From Trichoplax sp. H2 (lineage: Eukaryota): a stretch of DNA of 61,418 bases. The position numbers and the translations under genes are program-made. The stretch is from NCBI GenBank assembly GCA_003344405.1, contig NOWV01000292.1, positions 1 to 61,418 of the forward strand, in the 5' to 3' direction. Of the stretch, positions 20,001-33,936 are shown piece after piece. Below the pieces are notes generated by a model, which was not told the origin of the DNA, did no database searches, and worked only from the letters and a program-made list of their open reading frames with translations. Each line of letters starts with the position of its first letter. Positions within the stretch are counted from its first letter, which is position 1.

Positions 20001-21787
20001 AAATTTAAATAAATAACGAGCTTTTCATTGCTTGTAATTTTTTTTTCATTGAAAGAATAAATTTTCCCACAATTTTATTGATTTCTCTTATTTTGTTTTC
20101 CATAGTATAAATCGTTATTATCAATTTGTTTGTTTTACTATTTTTATTCTCTACTTCATATTAAACATTATTCAAAAGGTTGAATTAGGGAGAAGGAATA
20201 AATGATAAAATATCAACGCAACGGATAGTTAATCTACGCGTACACAGGTCAAGAGCGTCATTGACTAACAAAAATTCCATTGGAGAGGCAAGCAAGAGGG
20301 ATTTACAACTAAGGAAAAGATTATACATCGCTCTTTGCAAAAGGTAACTATTTTCGTCTAGTTGAACTGCAGAAGTATTTTACCAATCGTAAAAAAAATT
20401 CTCAACTAGAAAATAACCATAACATAAACATAGAATTGAAATTTTAAATCCCTTCTTAATGGACTGCTACCTTATTATTGTCAAAGAACTCATTCTAGCT
20501 ATAGATATCTTTTATATAGGCAAATTCAAAGAAAAAAATACACATGTTATAAAGAATCCAACCTAGTACATTCTCTATATAACTTATTGATATCTTATTC
20601 TATCTTTTACAAGACTATTTTGAAATTTGCGACCATTCTAGTATTACAATTCATTGATTTCTGATCTTCTCTATCCAATTATTAATCAATTTCAATTATT
20701 ATGAACATAAAGTCTTACAGACTAATTGTTGTAGTAATAATAACTTCTTGATCTCTTTTAATTTCTATCTTTTCATATTTTGCCAAAAGCAGTAATCATT
20801 TATTCATTTCAATTAATTGATGATCCAACTAATTTCTTGCTATTTACTCGTTATTACTTTTTATTAATATTTTTTTGCTCCATAATTTCTATTTCAGTAA
20901 GCATGTTATACCTTTTAATAGATCAATTCTAACCAACTGCTCATCCAAAACTCTTCAAAATCCTTTCTACGTCATCGACACCAGAGAACATATTAATTAT
21001 CAACGAATCAATCTGAATGATATTGTGCGTGTATATCAAAACGATACAAAAAAACTCTCAACAAGAACAACTACAGTACCGAAAACTTCCATTAGTAATA
21101 AAAATTGAGGCTTATCTTTGGAAAACTACGCAACATCTTTATTATCACATAACTAAAAGTAACAAATTTCCAGTGTAAAACTTACGACTTGGTATTGCAA
21201 AGTACATCATTATCATTTACTATGTGTCTCACTTTATGAATCTTATTTCTCTTATTTGTTATTTACTACTGTTGTAAAAATTACTGTAACTATTTTGGAT
21301 AATCAACTCTAATAACTAAAATTACTAATTAACTCCATCCGTAACAACATATAATAGTAATTTTGTTTCCCTTTTAGCGGTGCCCGCACGAGTAGAACTC
21401 ATTACACCACACTCGTCAACTGTATTCATTTTGCACATCTCAACAAGCAAATAATATTCAATAATAACCTCAATATTGCCCTATCTGCGAGTCTTTCCTG
21501 CTTTTTATTCTGTATACCATTATTTTCTTGACGACAACGAAAAGTATTTTGTTCCAATATAATAAGTTGAGAATTGCATTCCACTAATACTGATTGTTTG
21601 GCTCTTTCACTCTAAAGCATATCCTAAAAAAACAACCTTTAAATACAAACAGTAGTGTCTTCGTTCACATTTCTTTGCAGCGTATTCAATTTAAATATCT
21701 AAATATTATCGCTGGTTGTATCGAAAGTTATATTAAAGCCTCGGTTCTGAATTGAAGCTTCGCTATACTTCGATTCTAACGATCAAG

Positions 21788-24700
21788 ATGATGGTGGTTT
21801 CTGTAAAGCGTCAATATCTACGAACCTTGATCCTCTTAGCCATATTTGTAGCTTATTTATTAGGTGGATCAGCTATATTTCATGCAATTGAATCTAAGGA
21901 TGAGGAAGAGAATATCAATAAAACTAAAGTCTTTACGCAGGAGCTACAACAACAGTTTAATTTAAGCGACGAAGAGTTTGCTTACCTGGTGACAACGATA
22001 AGGAGTAATCCTTATATTGGCAAAATGGATCGAAAATGGAATTTTACACAAGCGCTCTTCTTTTCAACAACTGTAGTAACAACTATAGGTAAGATATCTA
22101 ATATATTTTTATTGATATTTAAGACGAATAGATTAGTTAAATTTAGAATTTCTTTTCTGCATTCTTTTAAAATTCCACAGAAAGTTTATCATAAATGCCC
22201 AGTTGTTGAAACTCATTAGAGCTGCTACAATATAACTGAATTTTATCACCATCTACCTGATATTCTCATCTCGTATCTACAAAGATGCTATTTCACTAAC
22301 ATTATCATGATTGTAAAATTTACATTCATTATATTTTGTTACTTGGTCTTTTATCACCAATTTGGGCACACATTTATCTACGAGTGTACGAGTACGTATT
22401 CCTACGAAACACTAAAAAATGTATCCCAACCATTCTGATGTAGCCATAATTCTTTATTGTGCTTAAGTAAGACGTTCAACCGCAAGAGATTCAGTTCAGA
22501 AAATTAAAATTAATTTTTTGTAGTCTAATATTTTACTACCAGTAGTTAATCCTGATTTTCGTTCATGAAAATCGTATGACAGATTTGACATTATATTGCA
22601 CAACATCATTCCAACGATATTATAATTATTGCTTTACAATATTTGCTGCTTATCATCTTATCCGATAACCAAATAAGTTTGATTCTTTATGGGCTTCGGT
22701 TCTTAATACAGTTATTACATAGTTTAGTAACTTAATAGGCATTTCCGTGAATATAATCTGACTGTAGGCTCACTTGCTCGTAAATAAATTAACTTTTTAT
22801 TTGCTTTTAAGATTCAGACCCAATATTGCAGAATTCTAAAATCTATCCGTCATAGAGCATACGTTTGTACTATATCAATACGCTATATTCAAATTAGTAA
22901 ACCAGTACTTTTACAAACTTACCTTCACATGATTATAATTATAAAGAGCGAATAAACAACCTCATCATAAATAATAATCTGATCTAAACTATTCTCTCAG
23001 TACAATCAAGTCAATATCGTGTGCTCCATCAACCAATGGTATTAAAAAATTTGAATTATCTCCTTCAAATTTTCGACAAGTTGTTGTCATAACTATGTTG
23101 TATTTTATACTGACCTTGAAATAACGTAATGATGCGGAGTAAATTTCTGTCATGTTGTTAGTGAACCTAAATTCTGATCTGAATGTAATTCCACACTTTA
23201 ATAAGCGTGACTTGATATGAATTACAATTATCAGTTGAGAGTAGCAATCATAGTAGTTCCTAGCAAGTATACAGTACCGTAGCATTTGATCAAGTATGGC
23301 GATTATCACTGCTCGTATTCCTTGAATAAATTTCTTACATGGCAGAATGGCTATATTTTGGTGTATTCCGATGGAAGATACCTAAAATTTTATTAATTTA
23401 CTAGGAGAGTCGATCCTAGTTAAGGCAGATGAATGATTTAGTAATTTGCGTAATACTATTACGCTCCTGCTTACTGATCTTGAATATTTTGTACCGATCG
23501 CTTCTACTTATTTCTAAAATGTAGTATGCTTCAACCTATTCTTGGCTAAAGTGTTACGTGTTCAGAGAAATTTACTAAATATTAATGCCGTAATATCCTG
23601 TAACTTTACAGTACATCACAGTTACAGTAGGCAAAATCTTAGCATTATAACTACATGCCAAAAAGCATATTCTCAACTACAGTCACTATATCAAGAATCT
23701 CATATAAAATATGTCCTCAATTCAACATTCATGTTGACACTTCATGTTGCTATTAAATGTAACAACTAAGGAGATTGGTAAAATACGGGTATACCAAACT
23801 CAAACCTCAAGATATCCACTACGATAAGATATATGCCTGCGATTGCCAAAAGTCTACATTACCAATAAAAATATTAAAGCGAAACTGCACACTATTATTT
23901 TTTTATGATAGATACTATTATGACCTAACAGTATAGATCAAGATCAGTTACTCATTTTGTAGTACCGTAGTTCAGAAAATCAATAGCAAAAGTATTATAG
24001 ATTTAGCTTTCAATACCGTAGTCTATTGCTGTACTCGGTAGATGTATTATTAGAAGATTAGAAAGCGTAGATTTGAAATTACAATATTAAAATGGAACAA
24101 AGGCTCTTGTAAACAACATTGGGTAATTTTGATCATCTTACCGCCTTCCGTAAATTTTATTTTATTTTATGATGATTGGATGGTACATATTACGTGTATT
24201 GTTGGAAGATACGACTAACAAAACGGTTTCTTCGGCAGCTTATAATACCAATACTGCAAACAAACAGATTAAATAACCATTCATAGTAGTGCGTTAGATT
24301 TTATTAGCTGTGTACAATTCATGGCATAGGTAAATTGGTCCATGATAGCTAACATCTATTACAATTGTTATTAACCCTCTATCTTGAACTCTGTCAGCTA
24401 TTTTACCATTTACAATTTCTCATTAAAAAATTACTTACTTAAATATCAAGAAAACAATAAGTGCCTTTACATAACCAGTATTATACCTTAATATTCCAAC
24501 TTTTGCATAGCTGCACATTTCGCAAAACAAAATTTGATCATTCCTCAATATTTTTTTATTATAAATTGAAAAGTAGTTTAGGAAAGCAACAAATATTTTA
24601 TTAGCTTAAGAACGGAGGGAGCTACCACAACAAATTTACAGATTCCATTAGATATACGCGTACATCTCAATATCTTACTCTATCTAATATTGGCATTCTT

Positions 24701-27700
24701 TTGTGTCAAAAAAAATACGCTAAGCCTCCCCATTTTAAATAACGTACAGTCTCGGAGTTAAAAATATTTTCTCTTTGCAATTACCTACGAGACAAAATTG
24801 CACAAACTCCTGAATTAAATACAACAGCACAAAATTTGTTTGTTTTCGCCATTGAACTATGCAAATTACGAAACCAAAGACGAACATTTAAATATGCTGC
24901 AGGTCATGGAAAAATGAACGAATCGGATATATTCAATTTTACTACCTAAAAGCAAGCAGTAATAGCTAGCTTTATCGATATTTAAAAGCAATAATTTTCT
25001 TCGAAATTTTTTACTAAAACCCTCTATAACATTGCTTTGTTCGCTATCAAGTTTTATACTATATACTCTTAACAATAAGTAAAGATAAGGCAGATATCTA
25101 CTGTACATAAATGTACTTATTGAGGATATTCTAAACTACTACTTTCGAAAAATATAAAATCGAAAAAGTCGAATTACCTGCGTTCTGGTGATAAAAACAA
25201 CCGTTATCGTGTATAGAACTAGGTCATTTATTTTAATGAAGCTTGTCTCTTATTTTATTCTTACTGCACAATAATAGCGTGCAAAAAATTATATTCGTTC
25301 ACCCGTGACTACGATTTCAATTGTTAAAAGATGTAGACGAAAATGGTTGATCAACGATGTAATATTATTATTAATTATTACATTTCATCGTTGCTATCTT
25401 AATATATTAAAGAATATTAAATCCTCCATATCTATTAATTTTATGAACTAAAGATAATGCAATTATTTTTAGCTGAAGTAAAGTATATTTAATAGCCTAC
25501 GTAATGTAATCATTCATTACTAGATCAAAACTCTCATTTAAAACTACTCCAGCATAGTAATAGGCAAATGGCGTCAATTTTAACTGTGTACAGTCAGGAT
25601 TGACAAACAACTCTTGCGTAATACCAATACACGATTAGATGCATTATTGTAGTCGGACAAGATAAAATAAATGAACTATAGCTTGAAATCTATACAATGT
25701 AAACGGCCGGCAGATCTACCCGTGTTTCAAATTTGTTGGTAAATGGTTTTTCTCACTTTATGGCATAAAAATTCGATTCTACAAAACTTCATTTTGTAGT
25801 GCTCAGAAAATACCTAAAAGGTCATCGCAAATCGTAACATAGACAAAGTAGTCGGTCTTAAAATACGAATTGAAATATTTAAATCATTTCTGTGTTACCA
25901 ATATTATGAAGTTCACACATTTACTACTAAAACGGAAATAACTGTCTAACTACCATGTTACGTTTGTAATTAAGTCATACGAATATTACCAAAGTCTGAC
26001 TGATAGCTCTTAAGTTACGGTGTGCGAATTTTGCTAGTTTTTACAAGTTTTTTAACAAAATAATGCGTATATTGTCATTTTCTTCTAAAATTATATTCGT
26101 AATCGAAATAGCACTTTTAAAAACAAAAATATTAGATGCAATGTCAATTACAAAAACTTCTGACAAGTTTAACAAATGAAATTCAATCAATTAAGCTATT
26201 ACCAACTATGAAGAGTTTATTGACATTGGATTTTAGTTATCCAGGTAGCATTGCACAATTCCACTTACCTACTGGCATTTATTTACAGAGCGCTTAACAA
26301 ATATTTCATAATTCGTCTTTATACTAACCACAAAAGTCCAAATTAAGTTGCAGCAATTACCAAAATTGCATTGTTTTGACTTAAATATCTCTACTTTCCT
26401 CAAGATATGTAATATTCAAATATAACAATGCGTATAAATCGTGAAAGATTTTGAATTAATAGTGAGCATCAGTAATTTTGCGAGGTTCCCTCGCATAAAT
26501 GATATTGATTAAAGAATGAAACCCTTCACTATGGTACCCTTTAGCTATTTATAATAGGCTAAAATATGATAGCTGAAAGATAAAACTAACAGTCTTAGAT
26601 AACCTTATTTCAAAGATGTAATTAGTTAAATATAATTGCAAGTTTATATGGAAAGTTAACTATTGATAGATTATTTTTTCGTAATTTTATCTATCCGGTA
26701 CGTGTTGAATGCTAACATCGAAAAAAATGAAGGAAAGATATTGAATAATTTCAATAGACTGTCATTTTCATTATTTAGTTCTCTAAAAAAATAAAACAGT
26801 TGAAAAGATTAATTCTGCTTAGGTACCCTGTTTAAAATTGATCTTAATGTAAATGCAGCCCACGCTACATTCCTTCTTTACGAATGAATATGTCTTATTC
26901 AGCTGATTTAATTGAGATGTAAAGTATCAAATTTGTATCATTATTCTATTGCATACGATAGCATAATATATTAAAAACTTATAACTGATTAAATTCCAGT
27001 TGATGTAATGATAGTTTAGCTTATATGTTTAAAGTAAACTGTAGTTATGATAACTTTTATTTGTAGATTAAGATTTCAGGCAAAAGGGTAACTTTTCCCT
27101 TTCCACGTACGGGATTTGTTTATCATTTTATCGTTATTGAATGAATACCTAATCTGTTAGCTTAGACTACAATTTAGATAGCCCAAATATCGCATGAAAT
27201 TTGGAAGGATCAAGAACAGTAGTTAATACACAGCTGTTTTTATATGTTTTCATCGTCGCTAGCTATTAAATAATTTCTATTATTAAAAAGCAACGATAGA
27301 TCTTGATCAATAAATTATAGTGTTCGTATTAATGATTCAAAAGTTTGAACTTTTAAATTACAAGTGTAAAAAATCATTGACGAGAAGGGACGTCTAGAAA
27401 TAAATAATACATAATATTTAAGCTTAATAATAAAAGCAGATAAATATTCTTTATAGCAAACTTAAAGACACAAATTATCAGATATGCTCGTTTCTAGCTA
27501 ACTAAGATAAAGGCCATTAATATAAATTAAACAAGGCGATAGTTGAAAATATTTTGACATATATTCGAAAAAGGCTGACCGCCATGTTCATTGGGATCTC
27601 AACAAAATAAACTTTTTACTTCTCTATTGATGCAACAGAATGTTTAAGTTTTGTTCAGTTATTTATTCGATAGTAAAATATCATACAATTATCTTCTTTA

Positions 27701-29470
27701 CAATCGAAATTAATATTTCTTGACTCGTGATACGTTTATTAAATTATGATATTAGGTCAGGGTCTAAATCATGCTCGATCAAAGAAGCTTTATTTACTTT
27801 AAGAATTATAGAGCCAATAACATCTGTTAGTATCCTATTTTCGAAATTTTTCCATAGTAACCATAAAAAACAGTTGCAGAATTCAAGGAAATAAATCAGT
27901 AGCTTAGCATCTCACTCCTATTTATGTCATTTGAAATTTTGATCGCAGTCGTGCGGGACTCAATAATATAATAATGAAAATTCATAATAATTATATATGA
28001 CATTTGCACATTGATGTTTAACGGAAATGATAATTTAATTGTGTCTCCACTATATCATCATTCAGAATTAAATTTTTATTCTTTCATGGGACTTAAATAA
28101 CCTGACAAGAAAAATGTTTTGAAATATTCCTATCGCGAGAAATTTTTTATTCATAAGAGATAAAATTTACTCACTAAAAGGATATTTCTTTAAAAATCGC
28201 TTTTAATTTAAGCCAAGCTTGCGAATATCGATCCTACTCTGATACAGATAAATTAAATACCGCACAAATTTTCTACGCTTAATGCTCATTTCTGATAAGA
28301 TATGAATGCGGAATAAGTACATCAATTTATTTCAAATTTTAGTCAAAAAGGCTTAATAAAATTAAATTATATGTCAAAATACCATTAAGTAGCAATCAAA
28401 ATTTGAAGGTTAGATTTGTAGCCATAAAAGTCGATTATAATATACTGACAACATGATAATTAAATGTATCATAAATACTTACTTATCGTTTATTACTTTT
28501 CATATGCTGATTAGAATCCTAATGTAGCTTATCTGATTTAATAGCAAATTTTTTTTCTTCTGCGCATTTATGGATTAATATATTTCTTATCTAAATGTTA
28601 GGTTATGGAGTCTTAGCACCATCTACTGAAGCCGGGAAGGGTATTTGTATAATTTATGCATTATTTGGAATACCAATTACAATTTTGTTGTATCAGTCAG
28701 TTGGTGATATAATCAATGCCTTCTTTGCCTATCTAATTCGTTCCTTTAAAAAGACAATGGGCAAAGTTCCGAGAGTGCGAAACTTAGAACTAGGTATTTT
28801 CGATGGTTTGCTAACAATGACATTTTTCAGTGGAGGAGCTGCTACATTTGCCTTCCTGGAAAGTTGGTCGTACTTAGACGGCTTTTATTACTGCTTTATT
28901 ACGTTATCTACGATTGGATTTGGTGACTATGTCGCCTTACAAAAGCACAATCATCATATGAACCATTCGGCTTATTTAGGGTTATGCATCATCTTCATTA
29001 TGTTAGGCTTGGCTGTAGTCTCTTCAGGCCTTAACTTATTTATCCGCTTTACTATGGAAATAACCACTACTGACCAAACCAAAAAGGAGATCGATAAAAC
29101 AGCATTAAAAATGGTTAAAGATTTAAGCCACGATGGAACACAAACTAGACAATCTAGCATCAAAACTAATACTACTATAGTTCATGACATATCTGAAAAT
29201 AATTCAATAGGTACACCGCCGCTAGAGAATAAGTGCGATAAAAAAAAATTAAGTCGCGCTTCTGATCCTGCGGACATTTTATTAAATCGTACTCAGAGTG
29301 AAAATAATATTCATCGACGAGATGTTGATGATGAAAACAACAAGAATACAATCTATAGTAATAACTGTGCTCCAAAAAGAGTACGCATAGCTGATACTGA
29401 TATTACATTTAAGGCAGAAGTCTCTACAGTAACTGATGGTGAACAAAATTACCAACAGTATCACTTCTAA
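21788..29470 (+). CDS. Two-pore-domain K+ channel, TASK (KCNK3/9/15)-like, 389 aa, 2 coding exons
   Basis: Exon 21788-22088 (KRQYLRTL...WNFTQALFFSTTVVTTI-G, GTAAG donor) joins in phase to 28602-29470 (GYGVLAPSTEAGK...FITLSTIGFGDYVALQK...LNLFIRF). Two pore loops, four TM segments and TASK signatures KRQxxRTL, APST, GDYVALQK. Confidence 0.93.
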
Positions 29471-32400
29471 TAATGACATTACAATTTAATAAAATTTGCA
29501 CAATACTGTATAGATGACTCTACGTAAAATTTTTTTTAGAATTATGATGAAGAATAAAAGATGTTTATCATAGATTATAATTTTCTCTCGGTTATAAATC
29601 TTAAGATTAAAAATTTATCATAATGATGGTTAAACTTTGTAAAGACAGGATTATAATATTCAGATATTATTAGTTTCATGCGATGATATCGTTGCGATAG
29701 AGTCTAAGCCAAATAACTAGCGTTGGTTCTTAATTTCATACCAATTAAAGCATACGCGTATGTGATGTTGAGCTATCTTATGCGGACTTGTCTCAGTAGC
29801 ATAGCATTTCTCACTATTGAATATATCGATAGTTCTTATTTCGGTTATTGCTGCTTTCGATTTATGCGATGATTGCGTAATATTGCACTATGCTTTCTTG
29901 CTTTATTATAAAGATCTATGTTAATTGAGAGCTCTTAACTGCCAAACCATACCTTAATAGTGTAATGGAAGAAAAGAATTACAATATCTTCCAGCCAGTA
30001 TATATCTATGCTTGAAGAGAGTACTTGATAAGTAAAATTATTTTAACAGAAAATACCAAAGTATTAATAATTAATTAAATACATGCATTAGTACTAATCT
30101 AACGATAGGCTCTTTACCTATTTTTTTAATAATTTTCATAGTTTCTTACAATGTAGAGGAAATATAGAAGCTCATAGTGTAAAATTGTAATAAATATTAT
30201 ATAAGTATTATGAATTTCATTCTGAAAGTTTACTTATGCTTAGTCACTGCTGTCTATAATCTGTTATTCTTCAGATTAAACTTTTACAAACGAAGCAGCT
30301 ATATGAATATCTTTACGATGGTCTTTGTAAATTTCATATCTTTATAATAATAATAAATTACTAATTAAAATTTAATAGAAAATTTGCATTAATTTTTAAG
30401 ATATTACGGCTATATAGCTACAGCTATTACATATATATTCTTTATTAGCTCAATCACAGAAGTATACCTTAATTTTTTTGTCTTTCGCCTCTCTCTATGT
30501 ATATAATACTTCGAGTATGACCATATCGGTGTATGAAATTGTTGTAATAGTTAGTGATAACGTATGTTCGTTATTCTTCATTAAATCGTAATTTAAAATG
30601 CTTTAAATTTAAAAATTGTAAACTTGAATAAAGATTCTCCATAATTGCAAAAATTGGAAGCGCTCGAAAACTTTACATGGGAATAAATTAGATATCCGAT
30701 TATCACAATAGAAGTTATGATACAAAGAGATAATGTGAAATGGGGGTACTGTACCTTTGTCGATGCAGTAAACCATTTCGCAATTTAATATTAAGTAGAA
30801 TTGCACTTCAGATATTAGTCTCTGTACTGATATAATCGGTAGAGCACTACCTTTTATCCTACAGACAACTTTATGATTAGCGTGTACACTATGTTACTGT
30901 ACTGTTGACTTTTTTTAGCTCAATTTACGCAGTTTAGTACTACTCATCCAATCGACTACGTAATTTCACGTTTAATTTTAAACAATCTCATTTATAGTAT
31001 CGAGATTATTTTTAATCACTAGATATATAAATTAATAACTATTTTTAATAATAACATCTCAATAACACCCTGAAAAATCTATTAATAAAAAATGTATATT
31101 AATTAATATTCTGCAACAATCATAATAGTTATCACATATTCATAATTACTAATATATCTATGTACAGAAGATTTTTTAATAATAACTTAATTACTTAATA
31201 AGTTTTATATTTTGAGTTCGCTATCGTCACACCAATAAAAATATGGAATATTTATAGGCTAAAATGCTATAGTCAAGGAAGCCTACGGGTACTAGAGAAC
31301 AACATAAGCATTTATAGGTAGCGATGCAGTAAATTTGCGTTTAAATGAAAACAATTTTAACCGTAGCCGAAGTCAGTAGCTAAAAGTTATAGGTCAATTA
31401 TTTGTAACTGTAGTTCTTTCAATGTTGCACCAGTTCTAAGTGCAATTATTAGATATAAATTGAATTTTTAATCAATATTCAGATAAAATGAATTTATCTC
31501 TCGTAAGCAATAAATCCGATGATACTATTTACTGATAGCTAAATAGATATTAAACCCTTATAATTTCCCTCACCAGAGTTAAATTAAGCAAAGATAATCG
31601 ACTACATACCGTGTATGTTTTAGTAATAATATTTGCTTAGAACGTAGTATTTCCTATTTACAGCTAGTAAAGCATTTAAGCAGCTGTTCTTTTGTAATAG
31701 ATAATAAACCCTTATTACTAGTACCAAATTGCATTATCGCCTATTAGAGTAAAAAATAAGAAGCTGCATATAATGTTCTATCATTTCTTAATAGAGATAA
31801 GTGTAATTATTTACAGATTAAATGAATAATATTAATAATTTAGCTCATCATGAAGGCTGCTTTACTTATCACAAATGTAAATTTGTTTCGAGCTGCCATT
31901 GTTCGTATTGCATTTAGAAGCTAGCGTAGCCTAACTATGATCTTCTGTAAGCTATGGGATAGGGTTGATAGTGTAAATACTTGAATTATATAAAATACTC
32001 ACACTCAATATCTTCACTGACTGTTATAACTATAATTAAAATTAATGTTTCTTATAATATACTTTCTAGCTATTAAGCAGCAAAACGAAAGGTAGTAAAC
32101 ATTAATGCTTACCTTTAATGATGGCCTTCTAAGGTGCCGAGTTACCCACGCTTCTACGCAAAAAATGATTTTCGTGTTCGGTAGTCTGAGAGTACGGTAA
32201 GGACCCTAAGCTAATCCACTTTATCACATCAATACTACTGAAAGTCATTATTTGCAGCTTACTAATCATGATGATCTCATTGCTAGCTTGTTTAATTCAT
32301 GTATATAACCTCCAATTATATCCTTTATATATTAATGGATGCTATCATAAATTTCAAAGTGCTTAACATAATCCCAGACTATTTTTGATGATATGTTAAC

Positions 32401-33936
32401 AAATTAATATCTTGACATGTTAACTCGCTCGTTAGACATCAAGAGACAATACTGTTTTGAATTTTGAAATATTAAAATCTTAAAAATTATGACAAGTTGG
32501 CAATAAATCATGATCTTTTCTTTTTAAATAGTATACGAAGTAAAACTGCAAGGATTATTCGTATCATATTTTAACTAATTAGTAAGTCAATTACTAGTTA
32601 GAATGCTGCTCGACATAAGTGATTGTATTTCAAAAATATTATCATCAATTGATACTGATCTGTGTATGTTATGACATTTTTATCAGCATTTATAAGCAGG
32701 GGACAGATTAAGTAATAATTTCGACTTTTGTAAATTATTACGATTACATAGGATAGTGTTACTTGCTATTATTATGTAGAATAGTAATGGCCTTTCCGAT
32801 GCAGTTTACGACTAATAAATCAATTAATCTATACCACTATCCAAAGGAAACAGCAGGAAGTACAACCGGTAGCTGGAAAATGAAATAGCTGCAACTACTG
32901 ATTCACATTAAGGAATCATACTAGAATCTTAATCTATATTTTAAGGGTTCTAAAAGTATCTACTAGTATTTTAGCAGATGCGTAAGAAATTAGAAGAACC
33001 TTAATTACTATTAGATGCTATTGAACTATGCTGCAATTTTTGTTTTCCAATTTTTGAATTAACAGGTGAATCTTAGTAACTTTGAGACGTTACATCTTGA
33101 TTACAACGAACATTTACCCCTACTCAAGAAAATTCTCAATAATTTATTTTATTGGAATTCCGAAACATTCATCAGCCGTGTATACTTAAACTTTGTAGTT
33201 AAACTTTTTAACTATCATACCAATAAATTTTAGATAATAACTGCAGCAATGCTAACGCTAAAATATAAAACGTAATGCTTACCTTATATCTACACGTAAA
33301 CAAATTTTCCGGGAGTTTACGCAATATAATGTCTATTTCTATATATATTTGTCTTCGAACAAGATATTTGATTAACGTATTCTTTTAATATTTTTAATTT
33401 AGCGGTTTATAAATTCAGCATGAATATTGAATAGATTAAGGATAAAATCGAAATATTTTCGGATTATATCGTATTAAAGCTATTAAATATACAAGATCAT
33501 ATGCATAATAAATTTACTTCCAAAGCCAAATTTCATCTAATAAATGAAATTTAACGCGTAATTGAAATTTCGAGTCACTTACTTAATTTAATTAGCGTCT
33601 CATATGTGATAGGGAAAGGCTATTTGCTAAATCATTAAAATTATATCAAAACAATTTTGTCTTGATTTATTTTTTATCTAGCTATAAAGACTACTCTTTA
33701 CTGTTATTATTAGTAATAATTTGCAATATCTTAAATTTACTAGTCGCCATTGCTGCATAACTGTAATATTATTCAACATTTAATAGAGTTATTGCAAAAA
33801 ATGAATAGCGTATCCATGTACCATAGTAATTAAGTCTTCTATTTATTGGATAAAAATTTGCAAGCAATTTATCTACATTATCATATTCTTAGTCTAATAC
33901 AGATAATTCTATATGACAAATTATCCAAACAATATT

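Noticed and set aside
22989..23309. 106-aa minus-strand ORF inside the K2P intron
   Set aside because: Non-ATG start, no recognisable domain and no linkable exons.
26479..26495. Hairpin TGCGAGG-TTC-CCTCGCA
   Set aside because: A 7-bp stem is expected by chance in 61 kb, and intrinsic terminators do not apply to this eukaryotic locus.
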